From: Candidatus Dormiibacterota bacterium
GTDB taxonomy: Bacteria; Chloroflexota; Dormibacteria; CF-121
Assembly: GCA_036513655.1 (NCBI GenBank)
Contig: DATBYO010000124.1
Location: forward strand, 1 to 60,937
Length of the DNA: 60,937 nucleotides
Direction of reading: 5' to 3'
Of this stretch, positions 8,216 to 16,032 are shown piece by piece; position 1 is the stretch's first letter, and the number at the start of each line of letters is the position of its first letter. The position numbers and the translations under genes are program-made. The notes beneath the pieces were generated by a model that was given only the letters and a program-made list of their open reading frames with translations, did no database searches and was not told where the DNA came from.

Positions 8216-9939
8216 GCGCCGTCGAACCCGAGAGCACGGGAAAGCTCGCGACCCGCCAGCAGAAGCGGCTGGGAGAATTGCTCCTCGAGAACGGCCTCCT
8301 CACGCCGGAGCAGCTCGATCAGGCGCTGATGGAGCAGCAGCGGCAACACCTACCGCTCGGCCAGGTGCTTCTTGCCCAAGGGCTGGTCGACGAGGCCGCG
8401 CTGGCCGGAGTGCTGAGCCTGCATTTCAAGGTCCCGCAGATCGATTTTTCTCGCACCCGGGTGGAGAAGGAGGCGCTGGCGCTCATCCCCGAGTCGTACG
8501 CGCAGGAAAACACCATCCTTCCGATCCGCGTGCGAAACGACGAGCTCGAGGTGGCGACGGTCGACCCGGGGGACCTGGCCTTGCTGGCAGAACTGAAGGT
8601 GCTGACGCGCAAGCGGATCAAGCCGATCATTGCCGTGAGCTCGGAGATCAACAAGGCGATCCTCCAGTACTACAAACTGGAGGCGGGCGTCAGCCGCCAC
8701 GTGCGCTCGTTCGAGGAAACGTTCCAGCCGACCGGCGGCGGACGCCGTCTGGCGGAGGTCAAGCAGGACGCGCCGGTCGTCCAGATCGTGGACCTGATCG
8801 TGGCCCAGGGCGTCGAGGAGCGCGCCTCCGACATTCACATCGAGCCCCAGCAGGACCATCTCCGGGTTCGCTTCCGGATCGACGGGGTGCTGCACGACGC
8901 GACCAAACTCCCGGTCACCCTCGCCGCCCCGATCGCGTCGCGCCTCAAATTGCTCGCCAACCTCGACATCGTGGACAAGCGTCACAGTCAGGACGGCCAG
9001 ATCCAAACCACCGTCGAAGGACGTCCTCTGGACATTCGGGTGGGCACGATCGAGACCATCTGGGGTGAGAAGGTCGTCCTCCGGCTGCTGGAACGGTCCC
9101 GGTCGATCCTTCGGCTCGACACCCTCGGGTTCTCTCCAACCACGAGGGAGACCTTCATGGACTTGATCCGGTCCCCCTACGGAATGATCCTGGTCACGGG
9201 CCCCACCGGCAGCGGAAAGACGACCACCCTCTACGCCGCGCTCAACGAACTCGACAGCGTCGAGCAGAACGTCATGACCATCGAGGATCCCGTCGAGTAC
9301 ACGTTCGAGAACATCAACCAGATCCAGATCAATCGCCTGGCCGGCATTACCTTCGCCAATGGGCTTCGCTCCATCCTGCGGCAGGACCCGGACGCCATCC
9401 TGGTCGGCGAGATCCGCGACAAGGAGACCGCCGAGATCTCGGTGCAATCCGCCCTGACCGGACATCTCGTTCTTACCTCCCTGCACGCCACGGACGCGGT
9501 TGGGGCCATCTACCGCTTCCTGGAGATGGGCATCGAGCCCTTCATGGTCGCCTCCTCCGTGATCGGGGTGGAGGCGCAGCGACTCGTGCGTCGCATTTGC
9601 GAGAAGTGCGCGGTTGCCGACCGGCCGGCGCTCGAACAATTCGCGTTTTACGAGTCGATCGGCGGCAAGGGGTCGGTGTTCATGCGCGGCACCGGCTGTT
9701 CCCATTGTTCCCACACCGGCTTCCACGGCCGGATCGGGATCTTCGAGATCCTCAAGGTCAACGACGCGGTCAAGCAGCTGATCGTGCGCAATTCGCCGCC
9801 GGAGGCGCTGCGCAAACACGTGGTCGACAGCGGGATGACCACCCTGCGCGAGTCCGGCTTGGCGAAGATCGACGAGGGCCTGACGACGATCGGCGAGGTC
9901 ATGCGCTCGGTGCATGTTGGCGAGGTCATCAATGCCTAA
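8212..9939 (+). CDS. pilB: Type IV pilus assembly ATPase PilB/GspE with N-terminal MshEN-type domain
   Basis: Tandem RLGxxLLxxGLL..L..L..Q motifs at aa 19-71, Walker A GPTGSGKTT, ILVGEIRD, TSLHAT, and a tetra-Cys cluster (CEKC..CSHC). Confidence 0.9.
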   Translation: MSAVEPESTGKLATRQQKRLGELLLENGLLTPEQLDQALMEQQRQHLPLGQVLLAQGLVDEAALAGVLSLHFKVPQIDFSRTRVEKEALALIPESYAQENTILPIRVRNDELEVATVDPGDLALLAELKVLTRKRIKPIIAVSSEINKAILQYYKLEAGVSRHVRSFEETFQPTGGGRRLAEVKQDAPVVQIVDLIVAQGVEERASDIHIEPQQDHLRVRFRIDGVLHDATKLPVTLAAPIASRLKLLANLDIVDKRHSQDGQIQTTVEGRPLDIRVGTIETIWGEKVVLRLLERSRSILRLDTLGFSPTTRETFMDLIRSPYGMILVTGPTGSGKTTTLYAALNELDSVEQNVMTIEDPVEYTFENINQIQINRLAGITFANGLRSILRQDPDAILVGEIRDKETAEISVQSALTGHLVLTSLHATDAVGAIYRFLEMGIEPFMVASSVIGVEAQRLVRRICEKCAVADRPALEQFAFYESIGGKGSVFMRGTGCSHCSHTGFHGRIGIFEILKVNDAVKQLIVRNSPPEALRKHVVDSGMTTLRESGLAKIDEGLTTIGEVMRSVHVGEVINA

Positions 9940-11143
9940 TTACGCGTACCGCGGTTATACCGACACTGGCCAGCGGCGCGATGGACAGATCGAGGCGTCC
10001 GGAACATCGGCGGCCGAACAGGTGCTCTGGAAGCAGGGCCTCAAGGTGGTTCGACTCTCCACCGCGCCGGCCAAAAAGACGATGGCGGATTACTTCCCCT
10101 CGCTCTTCCACGTCTCGCAGATGGAGATCATCCTCTTCACGCGTCAGCTCGCCACATTCGTGGGGGCCGGAGTACCGATGAGCCGCGCGCTCGGCACCAT
10201 CGCGGAGGAAACGGGGTCGTCCCTGTTCAGGCGGATCGTCCTCTCGGTCCTCGAAGACCTCGAGCAGGGCCGAAACCTTTCTGAAGCGCTCGTCAAGCAT
10301 CCGAATATCTTCCCGGCGCTCTATGTCGACCTGATTCGCGTGGCAGAGCTCACCGGGAACCTCGAGGCCACCCTGAAGGAGCTCGCGGGTTATCTGCGCC
10401 GCGACCTTAACACGATGCGCCGGGTGCGAACCGCCATGATCTATCCGGCCGTGATCATGGTGGTCGCGACCGTGGTCGTGATCATTCTGGTCTTCTTCGC
10501 GCTTCCGGCGTTCGTCAAGATCTTCGCCGAATTCCACGTCGAGCTGCCGCTTCCCACCAGGATCCTGATCGGCATGGTGGATTTCATTCGCACCTGGGTG
10601 GTGGCGATCGGCGCGGGAATCGCGGCCATAGGGACCGGCGTCGTCCTCGCGCTCCGGACCGAGCGGGGCGTCTACACGAAGGACCAGCTCCTGCTGAAGC
10701 TGCCGATCTTCGGGGCGATCGTCTTGTCGGCCATCCTGAATCGCTTTGCCCGCACCCTGGCGATGGTGCTCAAAGCCGGCGTCCCGTTAGGGCAGACGTT
10801 CGACGCCGTGATCGGCGGAACCGGTAACAAAGTCTTCCAGCGCGGCCTCCTGACCGTCAAAGAGCAGATGACCAGTGGCGAGGGTTTCGCGGGTCCCCTG
10901 ATCCGCACCCACCTGTTCCCGCCGATGATGACCCAGATGGTGCGCGTGGGTGAAGAAACCGGAACGCTCGATACCTACCTCGAGCAGGCCGCGGACTTCT
11001 ACGAAGAGGAACTCGAATACCGCATCCGCGCCATGACCTCCTTGATCGAGCCGGTCATGACGGTGGCGGTTGGACTGGTCGTTGGCTTCATCGCGGTGTC
11101 GTTGATCTCGGCCATGTACGGCCTGATCGGAGCGCTCAAATGA
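9932..11143 (+). CDS. pilC: Type IV pilus platform protein PilC
   Basis: ORF 9914-11143 trimmed to ATG 9932 (MPNYAYRGY), overlapping the pilB stop. Two GspF-type repeats with polytopic helices. Confidence 0.85.
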   Translation: MPNYAYRGYTDTGQRRDGQIEASGTSAAEQVLWKQGLKVVRLSTAPAKKTMADYFPSLFHVSQMEIILFTRQLATFVGAGVPMSRALGTIAEETGSSLFRRIVLSVLEDLEQGRNLSEALVKHPNIFPALYVDLIRVAELTGNLEATLKELAGYLRRDLNTMRRVRTAMIYPAVIMVVATVVVIILVFFALPAFVKIFAEFHVELPLPTRILIGMVDFIRTWVVAIGAGIAAIGTGVVLALRTERGVYTKDQLLLKLPIFGAIVLSAILNRFARTLAMVLKAGVPLGQTFDAVIGGTGNKVFQRGLLTVKEQMTSGEGFAGPLIRTHLFPPMMTQMVRVGEETGTLDTYLEQAADFYEEELEYRIRAMTSLIEPVMTVAVGLVVGFIAVSLISAMYGLIGALK

Positions 11144-11544
11144 GACGAGGCCGGCACGGCTTCAGCCTGATCGAGACGATGGTGGCCCTCGCGCTGCTGG
11201 GGATCATCGTCGTCGCGGTCTTGAGCGCTTTCTCGAGCGCCACCCTCGCCGGCTACCGGCACGGGCTGGATACCACACTCGACCGGCTGGTCCGCTCTGA
11301 CGCGGAGTTCATCAAGCGACAGGCCTACGTGCCAAAGCCGCCGCCCGCCGGCACGTATGCCAACCTGCCCGCGCCAGCCGGCTATACCTTCGCGATCCAG
11401 GTCCTGTACTACTCGCCGGGGCCCGTGCCACCGCGCGGCTTTCTCGCGACGAACCCCGAGCGCGGTCTGCAGCAGATCACGCTGACGGCGACCGCCCCGG
11501 GCGGAGCTTCGGAGCAAGTGATCTTCTTCAAGGTACGGCCGTGA
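11140..11544 (+). CDS. Minor (pre)pilin with N-terminal cleavage/methylation motif
   Basis: RHG/FSLIETMVALALLGII class III signal; ATGA overlap with pilC. Confidence 0.75.
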   Translation: MRRGRHGFSLIETMVALALLGIIVVAVLSAFSSATLAGYRHGLDTTLDRLVRSDAEFIKRQAYVPKPPPAGTYANLPAPAGYTFAIQVLYYSPGPVPPRGFLATNPERGLQQITLTATAPGGASEQVIFFKVRP

Positions 11545-12029
11545 TCGCCCGGCGACATCGACAGGCTGGGTTCACCCTCGTCGAGATGATGGTCGGCATG
11601 CTGGTCGGCACCGCGGTTTCGCTCGCCCTGGCGAGCGCGTTCCTTCTCGGATACCGGACGATCAGCCAGGAAGCGCGCCAGATCGCCGCCGACCAGGCGA
11701 TCAGCACCGCGAGCCTGCCGATGGTGCGTGACCTCACCAGCGCGACCACGATTTCACAGGGGACCATCACGCCAGCCGTCGGGACACTGACGATCACCTA
11801 CGGAGCAGCGCCGGTGACGACGGTGACCTACCGAATCGACGCCAGGAACAACCTGATCAGGACCGTTGGTGGCGTCTCCACGGTGGCGTCCCGCGGAATG
11901 GCGAGCGTCAGGATCGCCCCGCCCGCTCCGGCGTGCTACTACACCGTGACGCTGACCCCGTCGGCGGTCGGCGCCGTGGCCGTGGCCCTCAACGTTAGTA
12001 CGCGGGTTGGACCGCAGGGGTGTTACTGA
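11541..12029 (+). CDS. Minor (pre)pilin, PilW-like
   Basis: QAG/FTLVEMMVGMLVG class III signal; GTGA overlap with the upstream gene. Confidence 0.75.
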   Translation: MIARRHRQAGFTLVEMMVGMLVGTAVSLALASAFLLGYRTISQEARQIAADQAISTASLPMVRDLTSATTISQGTITPAVGTLTITYGAAPVTTVTYRIDARNNLIRTVGGVSTVASRGMASVRIAPPAPACYYTVTLTPSAVGAVAVALNVSTRVGPQGCY

Positions 12030-12457
12030 TGGCTAATCGCCGGCGCCGGCAACGGGGACAGGCGCTGTTGGTGGTGCTCGTCTTCCTTGCCGCGTTCATG
12101 GTGCTCATCTGGGCATCGCTGCGGCTGGCCAGCGACGCGTTCCTCGGGTTGGGCGCCGTCCGGACCGATACTCACGTCACCTACGCGCTCGACGCCGGCG
12201 TTGCCTACGGTCTCGAGTACGCCCACCTGACCGGCACCAACTGCGTGGCGGTCAACCCCCCAAACTTCGCCGTCAACTATCCGCCGGCTACCACGGTCAC
12301 GGTCCGCATGACGATCCCGGCGGGTTGCAACGCCGGCAACCCGATGTACAACCTACGGGTGACGGCGACCGGCACCTCGCGAATCGTGCAGGCCCAGATC
12401 TATCAAAGCAACGTTGGCCCGAATCCCTGGCTTGTTCGGTGGGAGGCCTATCAATGA
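12029..12457 (+). CDS. PilX-like pilus assembly protein
   Basis: RGQALLVVLVFLAAFMVL N-terminal anchor without the G/F-E5 motif. ATG 12029 overlaps the previous stop (TGATG); the track start at GTG 12020 is also possible. Confidence 0.55.
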   Translation: MANRRRRQRGQALLVVLVFLAAFMVLIWASLRLASDAFLGLGAVRTDTHVTYALDAGVAYGLEYAHLTGTNCVAVNPPNFAVNYPPATTVTVRMTIPAGCNAGNPMYNLRVTATGTSRIVQAQIYQSNVGPNPWLVRWEAYQ

Positions 12458-12538
12458 ACTGGCGCGACTCCCTGGCTCGTTCGGTGGGAGGCCTATCAAT
12501 CAACTGGCGCGAGTCCCTGGCTGGTGCGGTGGGAGGCC
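12424..12538 (+). repeat. 45-bp tandem repeat, about 2.5 copies, spanning the pilX-like stop and pilM start
   Basis: Copies start at 12424, 12469 and 12514 (tccctggctNgtNcggtgggaggcctatcaatNaactggcgcgaN). Copy 1 carries GGGAGG-N7-ATGA; copy 2 has ATCA at the same place. Confidence 0.9.
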
Positions 12539-13455
12539 GACGGGGGAAGCCGGTCATCGCCATGGACCTCGGCGCGCGCGAGCTGAAGCTGGTTCAATTC
12601 GACGACGGCCGGCTGACGCGCCACACATCAGTGCCACTCTCGGAGGCTGGGTTCATCGATGGAATCCCCACGCCGGAGTTGGCCGCGGCGATCAGGCGCG
12701 CCGTGCAATCCGGAGGCTTCGCCGCTCAGACCGCACGGCTCGCCATCCCGGATAGCGGCGTGGCCGTGCGTGACTTTCCGCTGCCCGCTGTGCCGCGTAG
12801 CGAGCTCAGCCGCGCGGTGACCTTCGAGGGGCGCCGGCTGGTCCCGATGAGTGCCGGCGATGTCTACTACGGCTGGCACGCAACCAGGACCTCCTATGGC
12901 TACGGCGTCTACCTGGTAGCCGCCCGTCGCGACATGATCGACGCGATCACGACCATGGTCAGCGCGGCGGGGCTCCGCCTCGAGCGTGTGGACCTGAAGC
13001 CGCTGGCCCTCGCGCGTGGCGCGGGCGTCCGCGATGGCCTCGTGCTGGAGTGGAACGCGACTGAGGCCACCCTGGTCCTGATGGTCGCGAGCCGGCCCCG
13101 CTTCTTTCGCACGTTTGTGCTCGACGCGCCGGCAGATGACATCGACGCCCAGTTCGACGAGCTGGTGCTTTCGCTCAACGCGCTTGTCAAGTTCATGCGC
13201 AGCGCCGAGCCGGACGTGCCAATCGGTCCGGCTACGTCGCTAGCACTGGGCGGGCGCTTTGCCTTCATCGACCATGGCATCGAGCGCGCGCGCGACCGGT
13301 TCGAGTTTGCCGTCGTCCCTCCGATCCAGCAAGTCCCCTGCCCGCCTGACTTCCCCTGGCAGGCGCACCTTGCTGAATTGGGCCTGCTATCACCCCAGCG
13401 CTGGCACGCCCGCCTGACTCCGTCACAGGGAGGTGACAACCGTGTCGCAGCCTGA
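12454..13455 (+). CDS. pilM: Type IV pilus assembly protein PilM (actin-like ATPase fold)
   Basis: VIAMDLGARELKLV start of the conserved core. ATG 12454 has a GGGAGG SD 7 nt upstream and an ATGA overlap. Alternative start ATG 12562 (MDLGARELKLV) would leave the repeat untranslated. Confidence 0.75.
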   Translation: MNWRDSLARSVGGLSINWRESLAGAVGGRRGKPVIAMDLGARELKLVQFDDGRLTRHTSVPLSEAGFIDGIPTPELAAAIRRAVQSGGFAAQTARLAIPDSGVAVRDFPLPAVPRSELSRAVTFEGRRLVPMSAGDVYYGWHATRTSYGYGVYLVAARRDMIDAITTMVSAAGLRLERVDLKPLALARGAGVRDGLVLEWNATEATLVLMVASRPRFFRTFVLDAPADDIDAQFDELVLSLNALVKFMRSAEPDVPIGPATSLALGGRFAFIDHGIERARDRFEFAVVPPIQQVPCPPDFPWQAHLAELGLLSPQRWHARLTPSQGGDNRVAA

Positions 13456-13588
13456 TGACTCCGTCGCGATCGACTTCGCGCCCCCGCCGCCTGCCGGCCG
13501 CCGTCAGGTCCAGATTGCGGCGGCCGTCGTCGCCCTGGTGCTCATCGCCGGTCTTGTCGTTGGCGTGACGCAACTGCTACTCCGCTGA
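13442..13588 (+). CDS. 48-aa single-TM protein, possible minimal PilN-like stub
   Basis: Not in the track (below 60 aa). GTG 13442 overlaps the pilM end. Translation: MSQPDDSVAIDFAPPPPAGRRQVQIAAAVVALVLIAGLVVGVTQLLLR, a short cytoplasmic peptide plus one helix. Its position after pilM matches pilN. Confidence 0.4.
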   Translation: MSQPDDSVAIDFAPPPPAGRRQVQIAAAVVALVLIAGLVVGVTQLLLR

Positions 13589-13659
13589 GCGAACTTTTAC
13601 GGAGTCCGCAAGATTGCGGCCCTACGCTCGACCTGACTCAAAGGAGGTGTTCACAACTG

Positions 13660-14079
13660 ATGCTGTTCCAACTCATCCACAAGGCACGCAACCGTTCGCA
13701 GCGTAGCCAGGCTGGATTCACGCTCGTCGAGCTGCTCGTCGTCATTGCCATCCTCGGCATCCTGGCAGCGATCGTCCTCTTCAACATCTCCGGCGTAAAC
13801 GCCAGCGCGGCCTGCAACGCGATGCGCACCGACGGCGCCACCATCCAGGGCGCTGCCGACCTCTACTACAACAACCTGGCCGTCTATCCCGTGCTGCCCG
13901 CCGATAACGCCGCGCCTGCGAACGGCGCTGCCGTCAACGTCACCGAACTCCTGACCAGTAACTTGCTCCATCAGCGCCCCGCGGCCACCGAGACCTTCAC
14001 GTACATCACCGGTGCCAACTATGGCAACGGGACCGTCCACGGAGTCCTCGCCGGCGCCGCGTGCACCTACAACCCGTAA
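13660..14079 (+). CDS. pilA: Major type IV pilin (paralogue 1)
   Basis: QAG/FTLVELLVVIAILGILAAIV class III signal, an AGGAGG SD upstream, and a C-terminal Cys pair. Confidence 0.85.
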   Translation: MLFQLIHKARNRSQRSQAGFTLVELLVVIAILGILAAIVLFNISGVNASAACNAMRTDGATIQGAADLYYNNLAVYPVLPADNAAPANGAAVNVTELLTSNLLHQRPAATETFTYITGANYGNGTVHGVLAGAACTYNP

Positions 14080-14097
14080 AACCGACTTCCGGAATGG

Positions 14098-14132
14098 ATC
14101 GGCCGGCCTCGCAGCCGGCCGATTTCGTTTCT
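14098..14132 (+). terminator. Rho-independent terminator after pilA paralogue 1
   Basis: Stem atcggccggc (14098-14107) pairs with gccggccgat (14114-14123), 6-nt loop, followed by ttcgtttct. Confidence 0.7.
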
Positions 14133-14253
14133 GCCTCGGAAATGAGGTCCTCCCGGGCGTGCGCGATCGTCACGCGGCTGCGACGACGCTGAGCGAACTT
14201 TTACGGAGTCCGCAAGATTACAGCCCTACGCTCGACCTGACTCTCAGGAGACC

Positions 14254-14685
14254 ATGAAAGCCAACCTGCTCTCTAAGCGCCTCGCCGACGCCCGCCATCG
14301 CGCCCGCCGCGGCCAGGCCGGGTTCACGCTGGTCGAACTGCTGGTCGTCATCGCCATCCTCGGCATCCTGGCGGCGATCGTCCTGTTCAACATCTCGGGC
14401 GTGAACGCCAGCGCGGCGTGCAACGCCATGCGCACCGACGGCGCCACCGTCCAGGGGGCCGCCGACCTCTACTACAACAACCGTCTCCTCTATCCAGTAC
14501 TCCCAGCTGACGTGGCCGCCCCCGCGAACGGCGCCGCCGTCAACGTCACCGAGCTGCTGACCAGCAACTTGCTCCACCAGCGCCCGGCCGCCACCGAGAC
14601 CTTCACGTACATCACTGGTGCCAACTACGGCAACGGCACGGTCCACGGGGTCCTCGCCGGCGCGGCCTGTACCTACAACCCCTAG
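14254..14685 (+). CDS. pilA: Major type IV pilin (paralogue 2)
   Basis: The mature part is nearly identical to paralogue 1 but the leader peptide is unrelated (MKANLLSKRLADARHRARRGQAG/F). The same 5' leader is repeated 604 bp downstream of the first copy. Confidence 0.85.
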   Translation: MKANLLSKRLADARHRARRGQAGFTLVELLVVIAILGILAAIVLFNISGVNASAACNAMRTDGATVQGAADLYYNNRLLYPVLPADVAAPANGAAVNVTELLTSNLLHQRPAATETFTYITGANYGNGTVHGVLAGAACTYNP

Positions 14686-14975
14686 TCGCTATCGCTTCGT
14701 CGGCTCAATCTTCCGGCCTTGGTCTGGATCGCCGAGGAAGTAGAAGAGCAATGGGGAGCCGGGCGAGCCTTCCACGTAAAGTTGCGTCCCGTAGCTGCCC
14801 TCAAACCTTAGTTGAATCTGCTGGGGCCATCGTTCTTGACGAGTTGCCATCTCCCGCTTCCGCTGTTCCGGTCGATCACCTCAGAGCCGTGAAAGGCCCC
14901 GGGGAGGTCGGAGTCCGACCGATGCGAGGATCTGGAGCAGCAGCAGGGGTCGGATCGCGTGCCTGGTGATCGTAG

Positions 14976-15962
14976 CTAGGCGATCTTGGCCTCGTCGTCC
15001 TGAGTCCCGGCGATTCGCTGGGGGAGCGACGACGTGGCGAAGGCGGCGACCAACCGGGGGTCCCACTGCGAACCCGAGCCGGCCGCGAGGATCTCGAGGG
15101 TTTTGGCCACCGTGTGCTTGGGCCGGTAGGGGCGGTCCGTGATCATGGCATGGAAGGCGTCCGCCACTGAAACGATGCGCGCCATGATCGGGATGGCCGG
15201 CCCCTGCAATTTGTCGGGGTAGCCGGTCCCGTCCCAACGCTCGTGGTGGTGCCGGATAGCCGGCGCCAGCACCGTGGCCGGGCGAAAGGGCCCGGTGATC
15301 TCGGCGCCCAGGATCGTGTGCTGTTTGATCCGGTCGAACTCCTCCGGTGTCAGGGCGCCCTGTTTGTTGAGCAGCTCTTCCGGGAGGCTGATCTGGCCGA
15401 TGTCATGCAAGAGGCCGGCGTGGTAGGCGACTTCCTGGTCCTCGGCGTCGAGGCCGATGAGCCGAGCCAGGGCCTGCGCGGTCAGAGCCACGCGGTCATC
15501 GAAGGGCGCCTTCGACTCGGTCGGGTTCTCCCGCTTCACCAGCTGACGCAGGCTCTCATGCGTGCTGATCATGTCCTTGCGAAGTTCCTTGAGGCGGAGC
15601 AGCGCCCGGACGCGGACCTGGAGGTCGCGCAGCGTGATCGGCTTGACGATCAGGTCATCGCCACCGGCCTCCACCATCTTCGCCCGCTCCGGCCGGGGAT
15701 CGAATCCGGTCATCATCAACACCGGGATCTCGGCGGTCGCCGGGTCCGACTTCAATCGCTTACACGCCTCGTGGCCGTTCATCACCGGCATCTCGATATC
15801 CATCACGATGAGGTCGGGCTTGAGCCGGTTCGCGACGCGGACCGCTTCTTCGCCATTGCTGGCGGCTTCCGTCCAAAAACCGAGGTTGGAGAGCTGGCCG
15901 CAGAGCAGGTCGCGATTGGCACTGCTGTCGTCGGTGACGAGGATCGTGCGGCGCTCGGGCAT
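14976..15962 (-). CDS. Response regulator with HD-GYP output domain (RpfG-like)
   Basis: ORF 14976-16262 trimmed to ATG 15962 (MPERRTILVTDD). REC motifs (DLIVMDIEMP, KP), LLHDIGQ and HHHERWDGTGYPD. The usual first His of the HD-GYP fold (ETGxH) is not evident (FDDRVA). Confidence 0.8.
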   Translation of the reverse strand: MPERRTILVTDDSSANRDLLCGQLSNLGFWTEAASNGEEAVRVANRLKPDLIVMDIEMPVMNGHEACKRLKSDPATAEIPVLMMTGFDPRPERAKMVEAGGDDLIVKPITLRDLQVRVRALLRLKELRKDMISTHESLRQLVKRENPTESKAPFDDRVALTAQALARLIGLDAEDQEVAYHAGLLHDIGQISLPEELLNKQGALTPEEFDRIKQHTILGAEITGPFRPATVLAPAIRHHHERWDGTGYPDKLQGPAIPIMARIVSVADAFHAMITDRPYRPKHTVAKTLEILAAGSGSQWDPRLVAAFATSSLPQRIAGTQDDEAKIA

Positions 15963-16032
15963 CGGCCCGGAGGGGAGGGCTTCCACTGGCTGTAAGACGT
16001 AGGAAGTCGGACCTTCCTTCGTTGCACGGAAA

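Noticed and set aside
8350-9915. 521-aa minus-strand ORF
   Set aside because: It is antisense to pilB, with shadow-ORF composition (Asp/Arg/Gly/Leu-rich, no motifs).
12424-12538. Tandem repeats as a possible CRISPR array (also considered for 4946-5215)
   Set aside because: The repeats are directly adjacent with no unique spacers, they lie in or at coding regions, and no cas genes are present.
13584-13659. Sigma-54 (GG-N10-GC) promoter upstream of pilA
   Set aside because: The GG...TTGC spacing is 13 nt rather than 10, and the TTGC is lost in the second copy of the leader. A small CCGCAA/TTGCGG hairpin is likewise not conserved in copy 2.
14751-14969. 72-aa + strand ORF in the spacer after pilA2
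   Set aside because: It has no SD and a Gly/Ala/Ser/Arg-rich composition, and it runs into the convergent response-regulator gene end.
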